Made by a program: the position numbers and the translations under genes. From an uncultured Pelagibacteraceae bacterium (GTDB lineage Bacteria; Pseudomonadota; Alphaproteobacteria; Pelagibacterales; Pelagibacteraceae), in the NCBI GenBank assembly GCA_902559305.1, contig CACEHK010000001.1, positions 163,276-227,275 on the forward strand: 64,000 nt of DNA. Direction: 5' to 3'. The notes under the pieces are model-generated. The model was not told the origin of the DNA. It did not search any database and saw nothing but the letters and a program-made list of their open reading frames with translations. Positions 41,799 to 52,441 of the stretch are shown here, piece by piece; the stretch's first letter is position 1, and each line of letters starts with the position of its first letter.

Positions 41799-42692
41799 TT
41801 ATGTACTTTTTTTTAATTTAATGAAGTCATTAATATAGTTTTTTAACATTATTTTTCCATAAATTCTGTAGACTTTATTTGATAAATTCATATTGGAAAG
41901 TGCTGAAGCATATCTCTCTCCTTTTCTTGGGGGTAAATACTTTATTTTATATTTAAATAATCTTGCAACTTGGATGATTTTATAACTTTTCTTATTTGTC
42001 ACAGAATAGTGTCTACATTTATTTTTTTTCCAAGCATAATAACACGCTGCTACAGTATCGTTAATATGAGTAAATCTTCTTGATTGGTTACCTGGCCTAA
42101 CAACTGGCAAAGGTAATTTTCTTAAGTATCGATCTTCGAATATACCTATTACAGTTGCCATGTTGCCTTTACTAATTTGTTTAGGTCCATATACATTATA
42201 AAAATAAATTATTTCAAATTTCATTTTGAACCACTTATTTAAGTTTTCTAGCAATTCTAAATTTTTAGCTTTAGAAAATGCGTAAGGTGATAGATCTTTA
42301 TCTTTACCTTTATTCCCTAAGCTTGCTGAAGTAGCTGAATAAACTAGTTTTATATTATTTTTTAAACAAAAATTAAAAACTTCATGGGTACCTATAGAAT
42401 TAGATTCAATACATTCGTTAAATTTTAAAAAACTTTGATAGATTCTAGAAAACTCTCCAAAATGAAATATTGTATTAATTTTTTTCTTATACTTGTTAAG
42501 TGTTATAGAAATATTTTTTGTACTATCTTTTATATATTTAACATTTTTATTTTTAATTTGATTTTTTTTACTTCCAGAAGAGTAGTTATCAATACTAATT
42601 ATTTTATAATTTGTTTTTTTAATTAAATATGAAATAAGATTAGAGCCTACAAATCCCGCACCTCCTGTAACTATAATAATTTTTTTTTTCAT
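41799..42692 (-). CDS. NAD-dependent epimerase/dehydratase (extended SDR)
   Basis: TGGAGFVG, PYAFSK (YxxxK), NVYGP. Confidence 0.88.
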   Translation of the reverse strand: MKKKIIIVTGGAGFVGSNLISYLIKKTNYKIISIDNYSSGSKKNQIKNKNVKYIKDSTKNISITLNKYKKKINTIFHFGEFSRIYQSFLKFNECIESNSIGTHEVFNFCLKNNIKLVYSATSASLGNKGKDKDLSPYAFSKAKNLELLENLNKWFKMKFEIIYFYNVYGPKQISKGNMATVIGIFEDRYLRKLPLPVVRPGNQSRRFTHINDTVAACYYAWKKNKCRHYSVTNKKSYKIIQVARLFKYKIKYLPPRKGERYASALSNMNLSNKVYRIYGKIMLKNYINDFIKLKKST

Positions 42693-42703
42693 ATAGTATA
42701 TAT

Positions 42704-43645
42704 TTATTTTGACAAATTCATTTTGTAAGCTTTATAAGTTTCTAATATTGAATTTTCAAAATTTGTTTTTGCTTTCCATCCATATTTTTTAGCAAGAGAA
42801 ATATCTAATACTTTTCTTAATGTTCCATTAGGTTTAGACTTATCATATTTAATAAATATTTTTTTATCAGGAATAAGTATTTTTAAAATTTTTTTTGCAA
42901 TAAAGTTAATTGAATAATCTTTACCGGTGCCTATATTGATTACATCTTCTTTAGTTTTTTTTTTCATGAAATATAAACAAGCGTTTGCTAAATCGTCTAC
43001 ATAAATTAACTCTCTTTTGGCTTTTCCATTTCCCCATAACAAAAGATATTTTAATTTATTTTTTTTTATTAAATGAATTTTTCTAATTAATGCTGGTAAA
43101 AAATGAGAGTTTACAGGGTGATAATTATCATTTGGTCCATAAGTATTTGTTGGCATAAGGCATTTATAATTTGTTTTATATTGTTCATTATAACTTTTAC
43201 ACATTTTTATTCCGGCTATTTTAGCAATGGCATATGCATCATTTGTTTCTTCTAATGGGCCAGTTAGCAAGTAGTCTTCTTTAATTGGTTGTTTGCATCT
43301 TTTTGGATATACACAACTAGAACCAAGAAATATTAGATTTTTTATTCCGGATAAGTAAGCAGAATGAATTAAATTATTTTGAATAGATAAATTTTGATAA
43401 ATAAATTCAGCTTTATTTGTTTTATTTGAATAAATTCCTCCCACTTTTGCAGCTGCTATAAAAATAAAATCTGGCTTATTTTTTTTTAAAAATTCTAGAA
43501 CCTTAATTTGATTTGTTAGATCTAATTTTTTTCTGTTAACTGTTAAAATATTTTTATAACCACTGCTATGCAGTTTTTTTATTATAGCATTCCCGACAAG
43601 ACCTCTATGTCCTGCAACAAAAATCTTTGAATTATGATTTATCAT
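42704..43645 (-). CDS. fcl: GDP-L-fucose synthase
   Basis: AGHRGLVG, AAAKVGGI, GSSCVYP, YAIAK, PTNTYGPNDNY. Confidence 0.95.
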   Translation of the reverse strand: MINHNSKIFVAGHRGLVGNAIIKKLHSSGYKNILTVNRKKLDLTNQIKVLEFLKKNKPDFIFIAAAKVGGIYSNKTNKAEFIYQNLSIQNNLIHSAYLSGIKNLIFLGSSCVYPKRCKQPIKEDYLLTGPLEETNDAYAIAKIAGIKMCKSYNEQYKTNYKCLMPTNTYGPNDNYHPVNSHFLPALIRKIHLIKKNKLKYLLLWGNGKAKRELIYVDDLANACLYFMKKKTKEDVINIGTGKDYSINFIAKKILKILIPDKKIFIKYDKSKPNGTLRKVLDISLAKKYGWKAKTNFENSILETYKAYKMNLSK

Positions 43646-44678
43646 TTACTAGGCTATTCATTTCTTCTGAGACCATATGTCTTACTAGTTTTTTTATGTT
43701 TTTTTCTGGTTTCCATTTTAACTCTCTTTTAGCCTTATTTGAGTTTCCTAAAAGCGAATGAACTTCTAAAGGCCTATGGTAAGCTTTATCTAGTTCAATA
43801 ATACTTTTATTATTTGCAAAACATTTTTCATTTAGGTTTTTTCCTTTCCATGAATATTTTATATTTAGTTCTGCAAGAACTAAATTAACAAAATTTTTGA
43901 CTGTATATTGCTTGCCTGTAGATATAACATAGTCTGAAGGTTTTTTTTGTTGTAACATTTTCCACATTGCTTTTACAAAATCTCTTGCATCTCCCCAATC
44001 TCTTTTTGCATAAAGATTTCCTAAAAATAATTTTTCTTGAAGACCAAGTTTGATTTTGCACAATCCAGAAACTATTTTTTTAGTTACAAAAGTTCCACCT
44101 CTTCTATAGCTTTCGTGATTGAATAATATTCCATTACAAGCAAAAATATTATATGCCTCACGATAATTAACTGTTATCCAATGAGCATAGACTTTTGCTA
44201 CTCCATATGGACTTTGTGGATAAAAAGGTGTTTTTTCATTTTGAGGAATTTCAATTACTTTCCCGAACATTTCTGATGTACCTGCTTGATAAAATTTTGT
44301 TTTTTTTTCAAGTTTATTAAACCTAATAGCTTCTAAAATTCTTAAAGTTCCAAGTGCATCTGCATTTGCAGTGTATTCGGGTACTTCAAAGGAAACCGCA
44401 ACATGAGATTGTGCTGCAAGATTGTAAATTTCATCTGGTTGAATTTTTTTAATTAATGAAGATATAGATATAGCATCTGTTATATCTCCATAATGTAAAA
44501 TCATTTTTCTTCCTTTTGCGTGAGGATCTTTGTAAATATGATTTATTCGTCCAGTATTAAATGATGAAGATCTTCTTATCACTCCATGAACAATATAATT
44601 CTTACTTAAAAGAAATTCAGTTAAATAAGAACCGTCCTGTCCTGTTATTCCAAATATTAGTGCTTTTTTTTTACGCAT
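43632..44678 (-). CDS. gmd: GDP-mannose 4,6-dehydratase
   Basis: GITGQDGSYL, NLAAQSHV, SPYGVAK, LFNHES, RDWG. Confidence 0.97.
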   Translation of the reverse strand: MRKKKALIFGITGQDGSYLTEFLLSKNYIVHGVIRRSSSFNTGRINHIYKDPHAKGRKMILHYGDITDAISISSLIKKIQPDEIYNLAAQSHVAVSFEVPEYTANADALGTLRILEAIRFNKLEKKTKFYQAGTSEMFGKVIEIPQNEKTPFYPQSPYGVAKVYAHWITVNYREAYNIFACNGILFNHESYRRGGTFVTKKIVSGLCKIKLGLQEKLFLGNLYAKRDWGDARDFVKAMWKMLQQKKPSDYVISTGKQYTVKNFVNLVLAELNIKYSWKGKNLNEKCFANNKSIIELDKAYHRPLEVHSLLGNSNKAKRELKWKPEKNIKKLVRHMVSEEMNSLVNDKS

Positions 44679-45495
44679 TTTTATTAAAATAAGATTTGCT
44701 TATTTTCATACATTCATTCTTCAATTCTGACAATGAATTCTTTACATTTATAGTTTTCATTAGTTTTTTATTATTTAAATAAAAGGATTCTCTGTTATTT
44801 TTTGTTTCGAAATTTTCTATTATTTTATAGCTTTGCGAATTATAAAAATTTAACCATGAGGTCATTTTTTTAAGGTATACCCTTTTTCCAATCGAAATAT
44901 TATAAGTTCCAGTTACATTTTTTAACAAAAGTTTTTTTACTATTTCACAAAATTTCTTAATTGAAATAAAATCTTTATAAATATTTTTATTATCTAGTAT
45001 TAAACCTTTATTTATATTTTCAAAAAAAACATCTATAAAAGTTCTGTGAAGTTTTCTTTTATTTTTAAATTTTCTATATCCAATTAAATTTGAAATTCTT
45101 AAAATCAAAACTCTGTTTTTAAGAATTTTTTTAAGTCTTCTTTCAGTAATAAATTTATTTTTTGAATAGTTGCACTTTGGTTTTATTATACTTGTTTCGC
45201 TTATATTTGCTTTAGGAAAATAAATTTTTCTTGAACTTAAAAATACTAAACTAGTTTTTGAATTATTTATTTTTTTTGCTATTTGATAATCAAAATCATT
45301 TTTTGGAAGATATCTTTTTTCAACATAAGTTTTATTTGATGTACAATTTATTATATAACTAAATTGATTAAAAAAATTGACTTTTTTATTAATTACCTCT
45401 TTGTAATCTTTAATTTTTATTTTAAGCTTTTTACTCAAATAATACTTTAAATGATGACCTATAAAGCTATTTCTTCCTATTAATAAAACATTCAT
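44671..45495 (-). CDS. NAD-dependent epimerase/dehydratase (divergent)
   Basis: GRNSFIG, FLSS, YSKNK, LRISNLIG, KDFI. Confidence 0.75.
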   Translation of the reverse strand: MNVLLIGRNSFIGHHLKYYLSKKLKIKIKDYKEVINKKVNFFNQFSYIINCTSNKTYVEKRYLPKNDFDYQIAKKINNSKTSLVFLSSRKIYFPKANISETSIIKPKCNYSKNKFITERRLKKILKNRVLILRISNLIGYRKFKNKRKLHRTFIDVFFENINKGLILDNKNIYKDFISIKKFCEIVKKLLLKNVTGTYNISIGKRVYLKKMTSWLNFYNSQSYKIIENFETKNNRESFYLNNKKLMKTINVKNSLSELKNECMKISKSYFNKNA

Positions 45496-46307
45496 TTCAA
45501 AAAAAAATTATTAACAAAATTTGTTATCCTTTGGTCTAGACTAATTGAAATCTTTTTTCCATTTTTTTTCATTAAATATTTAGCAAACTTATGAGCTTCT
45601 TTTCTTCTTTTCCACCAATTTGTTGAAAATTTTTTATATTTGCTTGAAGCGGAATTATTGGACTGTTGATAATAAGTTAAATGATTATCAATAAAAATTA
45701 ATTTTTTAAAATCTATATAGGCCTGATATGCTAATCTAAAATCTAACCATATAGTTGGAAATTTTTTAATATTTATTTTTTTTAAAATTTTTTTTAAATA
45801 ATCTTTTCTAACCGAAATACAGCTTTGTGGAGAGAATCTGGGCCAGGGAGTAAATGAAGTTCCTCTACTCTTAATTTTATATTTATAAAATTTTTTATTA
45901 TTAAAATATAAAAAAGGTAAGTCAAAAGCTATATGGTTATCTTTGCTATTATAAAATAGTTTGCTAACTTCTTTTAACTTATTTTTTTTAAAGAAATCAT
46001 CACTATCTAAAAAGCATATATATTTTCCTTTTGCTTTACTTAATCCCAAAAAATAGGAATCCATTTGATCGAAACTTGCTACATTTGTTTTTTTAATTTT
46101 TTTAATAACTTTAATTTTTTGAGATATTTTTTTTATGTGATTTAAAGAATTGTCAGTAGATTTGTCATCAACAAAAATTACTTCAAAATTTTTATAAGTT
46201 TGATTTTTTAGGGAATTTATACATCTCGATATGAATTTTTTATTATTATAATTTACAATAATTACTGTAAATATAATTTTACTTATTTTTTTCATAAATA
46301 TATTCAA
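45492..46307 (-). CDS. Glycosyltransferase family 2
   Basis: VIIVNYN, VDDKSTDNS, FLDSDD. Confidence 0.9.
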   Translation of the reverse strand: MNIFMKKISKIIFTVIIVNYNNKKFISRCINSLKNQTYKNFEVIFVDDKSTDNSLNHIKKISQKIKVIKKIKKTNVASFDQMDSYFLGLSKAKGKYICFLDSDDFFKKNKLKEVSKLFYNSKDNHIAFDLPFLYFNNKKFYKYKIKSRGTSFTPWPRFSPQSCISVRKDYLKKILKKINIKKFPTIWLDFRLAYQAYIDFKKLIFIDNHLTYYQQSNNSASSKYKKFSTNWWKRRKEAHKFAKYLMKKNGKKISISLDQRITNFVNNFFLK

Positions 46308-47019
46308 AAGTTTTTCTTTGAAACATTTTTACCTTAAATTTTAGTTCAAAATTTTTATTTTTTAAAAATTGATTTATGTCTGCAAATTTATATTCTTTTT
46401 TAATCATTAAATCATAGTGATGTTCAAAATAAATATATTTTATAAATTTAAATTGATCGTTTTGAATCCCTTTTAATACTTTAAATTCATATCCTTCTGT
46501 GTCAATTTTTAGAATATCTATTTGGTTTATATTATTTTTTAATATTAAATCTGATAAAGGTATAAGATTACTATTTAATGACTTAAATTTTAACTCATTT
46601 GAAAAAAATGAAAAATATCTTTTCTTTCTAGCATAATAATTAGTATGAGTATTAATTTTATTGAAAGTTGAAGAAGAAGTATCTTCAAATACTTTTAGAT
46701 CTTTTTTTTCATAATCTGAAGATAGACCAAAATTAAATATAAAAATTTTTTTATCGAATGAAAAATTTTTTTTTAAAATTTCAAAAATTTCTATATTTGG
46801 CTCTATGGCAAAGATATTTTTTATACGAAAATTTTTTGAAAAAAGTTTAATAGTTTCTCCTTTATGAGCACCAACATCGATTAAAGTAATTTTATCATCA
46901 TTTAATTTTTTTTTAAAAAAATTAATTATTTTTGTTTTATTTCTTTTATCTAAAATTTCGATTAAAATTGACAATAAAAAAATATAATATTTTTTAATCA
47001 TTTCTTTGTATAACATCAA
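46279..47019 (-). CDS. FkbM family methyltransferase
   Basis: IDVGAHKG, IEPN, LKIDTEGYEFKVLKG. Confidence 0.92.
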   Translation of the reverse strand: MMLYKEMIKKYYIFLLSILIEILDKRNKTKIINFFKKKLNDDKITLIDVGAHKGETIKLFSKNFRIKNIFAIEPNIEIFEILKKNFSFDKKIFIFNFGLSSDYEKKDLKVFEDTSSSTFNKINTHTNYYARKKRYFSFFSNELKFKSLNSNLIPLSDLILKNNINQIDILKIDTEGYEFKVLKGIQNDQFKFIKYIYFEHHYDLMIKKEYKFADINQFLKNKNFELKFKVKMFQRKTFEYIYEKNK

Positions 47020-48688
47020 AAAAATTAATTTTTTTTGAGCTTAAATTTTCTCTATAAACGCATGGTGTTTTAGCAGACCAACACATTTGTTGTTTATTTT
47101 TTGGTTTATAAATTTTTAAGTTGTTTGTATTTGATATTATCTTTACTTTTACATTTGGATCATAAAAAAAAGGAGAGTCAAATATAGGATAATTATAGAC
47201 TAAAATTTCATTATTAATTCTCAAAAAATTTCTTGTATTATAAATTAACAAGGAAACTAATATTAAAGCTATTGTTGTATAGTAAACTTTTTTTTTACTA
47301 TTAACAAAAGTACTTAGATAATTGCTAGTTAAAAAAAATATTGGTAACGCAAAGAGTACAAAGCCACCATAACGCATTGAGGGATGATTTAAAAACCATT
47401 CTGATAAAAATAAAAATAAAATAATATAAATTATGTTAATTTTTCCTTTTTTATTATTTTTTTTCTTATTTTTAAAAAGAAGTGTAACCAAAATTGAAAT
47501 AAAAATTATTCCTAGAAGGCTATCGCTTACTTTGTTAAAAAAATGTCTTTCAATCCAATCCTCTAGCCAATTAAATTTTTTTACATACTCTTCTTTGGAT
47601 AGTTCGGATTCATAACCGGGTCCTCCACCTGCTTTTGCCCACCATTCATAGTGAGTTTTTAGACCTTTTACTTCTTTTTCTTTTAGTGACCAATCCAAAT
47701 TATAGTTACAAGTCTTGGAGGCGGGAAATAAAAGACAACCAGTGCTTAAAAAATTTACTGATAAGTATGATCCAGCACAAAGAAAAATCACAAATAAAAT
47801 TTTTAAATTATATATTCTCAAATATTCAAAAATATATTTATTTTTAAAGATGAGAAGTGGAATTAATATTATGTATATATAGTATAAAGCCTTCATACTC
47901 GCCGCAAGAAAAATTAAAATTAAAAAAAAATTAAACAAATTATTTTTTTCCAATTTATTCATTTTTAAATAATATAGTTCATAAAAGAATATAAATATTA
48001 AAAGCAATAAAATTTGAGAGCTTCTATCCGTACCATGCTCACTTAATCTATAGAAAACTACATTAGTAAAAATTATACATAGTAAAGACAAATAGTATAC
48101 TAACTCAAATTCAGATTTTTTAAATTTTTCAAGTATTTTATTTATCAATAAAAAATTAAAAAAGAGAATTATAAAAAAAGGACCACTGTGAAACAAATAG
48201 TACTTCACATAAGGTAAAAATAATATTGAATGAAAATAAAATAGTGATGAAGGGGTTTTAAATCCATGACCAAAGTACCCCATTCCAATCATGAACTTAT
48301 TTTCTGATAAATTTAGAGCATATGATAAATGATAATAGCCAAAATCATCATGATTTTTATATAAAAAAACTCCTAATATTAAAATTAGAAGTAAAACTGT
48401 TAATTTCTTTAATTGTGAAAAATTATTTTTTGAATATTTTGATAAGAAGAAAAAAAAACTAGCAACTCCAATAATGTGTAAAAATGAATTAAAAAAATAA
48501 TTATGACTGAAAAAGAAAGAAGTCAAAACTGATATGGTTATTAAAGAAAAAATTCCAATTAATCCAATATATCCAAAATTAAGTTTAATAAGATTTTTAT
48601 CAATTAATACCGAAAAAATATAACCGTGCCCAATTATCGAAAAAGTTATAATAATTAGATAGGTTAAAAATATTAAATGTTCAATCAT
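46994..48688 (-). CDS. Polytopic membrane protein, possible GT-C fold
   Basis: More than 12 TM segments; loop HDDFGYYH; GTDR, STGCLLFP, HPSMRYG; polar C-terminal tail. Confidence 0.6.
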   Translation of the reverse strand: MIEHLIFLTYLIIITFSIIGHGYIFSVLIDKNLIKLNFGYIGLIGIFSLITISVLTSFFFSHNYFFNSFLHIIGVASFFFFLSKYSKNNFSQLKKLTVLLLILILGVFLYKNHDDFGYYHLSYALNLSENKFMIGMGYFGHGFKTPSSLFYFHSILFLPYVKYYLFHSGPFFIILFFNFLLINKILEKFKKSEFELVYYLSLLCIIFTNVVFYRLSEHGTDRSSQILLLLIFIFFYELYYLKMNKLEKNNLFNFFLILIFLAASMKALYYIYIILIPLLIFKNKYIFEYLRIYNLKILFVIFLCAGSYLSVNFLSTGCLLFPASKTCNYNLDWSLKEKEVKGLKTHYEWWAKAGGGPGYESELSKEEYVKKFNWLEDWIERHFFNKVSDSLLGIIFISILVTLLFKNKKKNNKKGKINIIYIILFLFLSEWFLNHPSMRYGGFVLFALPIFFLTSNYLSTFVNSKKKVYYTTIALILVSLLIYNTRNFLRINNEILVYNYPIFDSPFFYDPNVKVKIISNTNNLKIYKPKNKQQMCWSAKTPCVYRENLSSKKINFFDVIQRND

Positions 48689-48729
48689 TAGATATTTAAA
48701 TAAATAAAGATTAATATATAAATTTTAAA

Positions 48730-49980
48730 ATGAAACAAGATATCTTTGAAAATCAAAATTTTAAAAACCAATTTATATTTTTTTCGGCTTTATACTTGTT
48801 ATTATTAATAAGTTTTTTCCTAAACGAAAATTCAACTGGTGGTGCTATAATTGATTATGAAAATCAAAAAGTAGCATCACAAGCATTTGCAAACGATTTC
48901 AAAACAACTCTTTTGAATTATGAAAATTATTCAACAAGACATTCACCTGTATTAATAATATTTTTATCTATATTTGAAAAATTCAAAGTTAGTGACGATA
49001 TCATAAGGCTAATCTATTTGCATATTAGTCTTTTTTTGCCATTCATTTTTTATTTATGTTTAAAATTAAAATTTCCTGAAATAGATAAAAAAAAATTTTT
49101 CTTACTAATCGGACTAATTTTTTTGTCGCCCACATTTAGAAGTTTATCTATTTGGCCTGATAGTAGACTTTTAGGCTTAAGTTTTTTTTGTATAAGTATC
49201 TTTTACTTATTTAAATTTATAAATGATAAAAAGTATTTGTTCTGTATTTTAAATGTTATTTTTTTAGCGATATCATCCTATATAAGTCCAAATTTTTCAT
49301 TATTTTCTATTTATTTTTTTTATATTTTTTTAAAACATTACAAACCTTTATCTAAAGAGATATTGATAATTATTTTTGTAAATATTTTGCTTGCTTTACC
49401 TGCAATATATTATGTTTTTGTACTTGATATTAATTTTTTAAATCAACCAGCGGCTTCAGGAATTTCAAATAATGAAGTTTTATTTAATAATTATTTTAAC
49501 CAAATATTAATTATACCATCAATTATATTTTTTTATTTGATTCCTTTTTTATTTTTAAAAATTTTAAAAATAGATAATATTTATTCGCTAAATAAATTAA
49601 TTTTTTCTTCTATTATTGCCTTTATTTCAGTTTTATTTTTTAACTATAATTTAGATTATACTGGAGGTGGAATTTTTTTACATTTATCTGATTTTCTATT
49701 TGATAATAATTACTTGTTCTTTTTTATTTCTTTTATTTCAATTTATTCACTATCTTTACTTTTTATAAATAAATTTGAAAATATATTATTGGTTTTAATT
49801 TTATTTTTAAGCAATCCTCAATTTACAATTTATCATAAATATTATGACCCTTTAATATTAATTTTATTATTTACAATTTTGAATTTAAATTTAAATTTAA
49901 AAAATTTTTTTAAATTAAAAAATTTAATTGCAATTTATTTGTATTTTTTAATATTTCTGCTACTCAATATTATTAAATGA
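48730..49980 (+). CDS. Polytopic membrane protein, possible GT-C fold
   Basis: TM1 followed by an acidic loop (ENSTGGAIIDYE), RHSP, SPTFRS..WPDS, HKYYDP; overlaps a DPM1-like GT2. Confidence 0.6.
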   Translation: MKQDIFENQNFKNQFIFFSALYLLLLISFFLNENSTGGAIIDYENQKVASQAFANDFKTTLLNYENYSTRHSPVLIIFLSIFEKFKVSDDIIRLIYLHISLFLPFIFYLCLKLKFPEIDKKKFFLLIGLIFLSPTFRSLSIWPDSRLLGLSFFCISIFYLFKFINDKKYLFCILNVIFLAISSYISPNFSLFSIYFFYIFLKHYKPLSKEILIIIFVNILLALPAIYYVFVLDINFLNQPAASGISNNEVLFNNYFNQILIIPSIIFFYLIPFLFLKILKIDNIYSLNKLIFSSIIAFISVLFFNYNLDYTGGGIFLHLSDFLFDNNYLFFFISFISIYSLSLLFINKFENILLVLILFLSNPQFTIYHKYYDPLILILLFTILNLNLNLKNFFKLKNLIAIYLYFLIFLLLNIIK

Positions 49981-50654
49981 GTATGGATAAATTAACTTTA
50001 ATAATACCTGCTAAGCATGAAAAAGAATCATTGCCAAAAGTTCTTGAAGACTTAAAAAAGTATAGCTTAAAAATAATTATAATCTTAGAAGAAACTGATA
50101 TAGAAACCATTAATGCAATCAAAAGTTATGATTGCAAAATATGTTACCAAATTAATAAAGGCTATGGTGATGCTCTAATTCAAGGAATCTTGAATGTGCA
50201 AACAGATTATTTTTGTATCTTTAACGCTGACGGATCCTTTAGATCTGACGAATTAATTAAGATGTATAATAAATTAGATAGCGAAGGAAAAGATTTTGTT
50301 TTCGGATCAAGATACGAAAAAGGATCATCTAGTGAAGATGATACTATAGTTACTTATATAGGAAATATATTTTTTTCATCTTTTGGAAAAATTTTCTTTT
50401 CACTTAATATTTCAGATATTTTATATACATTTGTTATGGGAAAAACTGAAAAAGTTAAAAAATTAGATCTTAAATTTAAAGATTTTTCTTTTTGTGTAGA
50501 ACTTCCTATTAAAGCAAAAAAAAAAGGATTTATATTGGATACTATTCCTAGTAACGAAATGAGGCGTATAGCTGGGAAAAAAAAAGTTAATGCAATTAAA
50601 GATGGGTTATTAATATTAATTTCAATGATAAAATTATTTTTTTTTAGGTTTTAA
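49977..50654 (+). CDS. Glycosyltransferase family 2, DPM1/GtrB-like
   Basis: IIPAKHE, KGYGDA, NADGS, VFGSRY, RIAGKKK..AIKDG. Confidence 0.85.
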   Translation: MSMDKLTLIIPAKHEKESLPKVLEDLKKYSLKIIIILEETDIETINAIKSYDCKICYQINKGYGDALIQGILNVQTDYFCIFNADGSFRSDELIKMYNKLDSEGKDFVFGSRYEKGSSSEDDTIVTYIGNIFFSSFGKIFFSLNISDILYTFVMGKTEKVKKLDLKFKDFSFCVELPIKAKKKGFILDTIPSNEMRRIAGKKKVNAIKDGLLILISMIKLFFFRF

Positions 50655-51705
50655 TATTTTTATATTTATTCAATAAAATATAAACCGCAAGATATAAGAT
50701 AATAGTAATGCTTAAAATAGATGTTTGATATTTTGTATTGTATACATCTATTAATGAAAGAAAGATTATCGAACAATTAAACATATTTATTATTAGTCCT
50801 GTTAAAGTATTGGCAAAATAATTTTTTTTAAATTTTTTTCTTAAAAAAAAATATAAAAGTTGATGTAAATGTTTATTATCTGCATTCATTGGTGATTCTT
50901 TGGAAATTAATTTTCTTATAAAAGAGAATAATATTTCAAACGATGGATACCAAAATAATAAAGCAATGAAATATGGTGAAATATTTGGATTCGAGGAATA
51001 TATTTCTAAAATATAATAACCAAAAAATAAAGATAAAATATATATTCCGTTATCACCTAAATAAATTTGATTAAAAAAATTAAATATAAATAATATAATT
51101 AGTGTAGTTAATAAAGAATATAAAAAATTTTCGTCAAATAATATATTAATATTTAAAATTTTAATTACTAAAATCGCACTTAAAATCACAATGAAATAAC
51201 CTATTGATAAAGTGTTATTTCCATCAATAAAATTAGATCCATTTAAAAATACTAAAAAACAAAAAGAAACAAAAAAATAATTAATTAATGGTTTTGATAA
51301 TAAATTATTAAAAATTTCAATTCTTAAGTCTGATATATTTAAATTAAAATATAAAACTAAAGAGACAATAAATAAAATTTGTAAAAAAAATCTTAAAAAA
51401 GTAGATTTAATTAAATTTAAATCTCCTAAAATCCCTATAAAAAAAAAAATAATTATAAATAGTAATAAATATTTTTCATAATAATTAAAATTTAATGTAA
51501 AAAAGATAAGTAATATCAATCCACCTGAAATTGGAACATTATTTTGGCTTGTATAAAGTTGATGTTTAAGTCCACTGAAATTTATTAATAATTTTTTTCT
51601 TTTAAGAAAATAGTTTAAGAAAAAAATAATTGGTATAAAAATTAAATTTAATAATATTTCCATTATTTTTTTTTTAAATAGTTTAATGAAAGTCTTAATA
51701 AACAA
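50644..51705 (-). CDS. MraY/WecA family polyprenyl-phosphate HexNAc-1-phosphate transferase
   Basis: PISGG, GD, NFIDG, YLGDNG, ADNKHLHQ; start uncertain. Confidence 0.82.
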   Translation of the reverse strand: MFIKTFIKLFKKKIMEILLNLIFIPIIFFLNYFLKRKKLLINFSGLKHQLYTSQNNVPISGGLILLIFFTLNFNYYEKYLLLFIIIFFFIGILGDLNLIKSTFLRFFLQILFIVSLVLYFNLNISDLRIEIFNNLLSKPLINYFFVSFCFLVFLNGSNFIDGNNTLSIGYFIVILSAILVIKILNINILFDENFLYSLLTTLIILFIFNFFNQIYLGDNGIYILSLFFGYYILEIYSSNPNISPYFIALLFWYPSFEILFSFIRKLISKESPMNADNKHLHQLLYFFLRKKFKKNYFANTLTGLIINMFNCSIIFLSLIDVYNTKYQTSILSITIILYLAVYILLNKYKNIKT

Positions 51706-52403
51706 AAAAATGATTTAATAAAATTAAAATTTAAATATTTATTATAAACTTTATATCCATCTAATAGCTTTCTACCGGATGATGAGGATAAAGATTTTTT
51801 TAATTTGCGCCATTTTAAAAATGATTTGTCTACTCCATAAAATATTATTCCTTTTTTTGCTAATTTTAACCATAAAACATAATCTTCTTTTGTTTGAAGA
51901 TTGGCAAATTTACAGTCTTCACTTAAAATATCTTTTTTTATAATCACAGAAGAAAGTCCTATATCGCAAGAAGCTAACAAATCATTATAGTCTACATTTC
52001 TGGCTGTTCTTCTTGAAATTTCTTTTCCGTTATCATCTATAATATCATAACTAGTATGAGATGCTTGAATATCATTTTGTATCATATAATTGAGTTGATT
52101 TTCTAATTTATCATTTTTCCAAATATCATCAGCGTCGATAAAGGCTATAAAATTTCCTTTTGAGTTTTTTATACCAATATTCCTTGACTCTCCTGCTCCA
52201 CAATTTCTTTCATTAATAATTATTTTTATTTTTTCATTATTTTTGATTATAGATTTTATAAATTCAAGGTTGGTATTATCAGTTTCGTCATAAATTATTA
52301 TAATTTCATAATCTGTGAATGTTTGTGCTAAAACTGATGATATTGTTTCCTTAATATACTCTTTCTTTTTATAGAATGGTAAAATAATACTTACAAAATT
52401 CAT
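51663..52403 (-). CDS. Glycosyltransferase family 2 (TuaG-like)
   Basis: GAGESRN.G, AFIDADDIW, KLENQ, EDYVLWL. Confidence 0.9.
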   Translation of the reverse strand: MNFVSIILPFYKKKEYIKETISSVLAQTFTDYEIIIIYDETDNTNLEFIKSIIKNNEKIKIIINERNCGAGESRNIGIKNSKGNFIAFIDADDIWKNDKLENQLNYMIQNDIQASHTSYDIIDDNGKEISRRTARNVDYNDLLASCDIGLSSVIIKKDILSEDCKFANLQTKEDYVLWLKLAKKGIIFYGVDKSFLKWRKLKKSLSSSSGRKLLDGYKVYNKYLNFNFIKSFFCLLRLSLNYLKKK

Positions 52404-52441
52404 TTTTTTAACTTATTCATGTTTAAACTATTTTATAAAAT

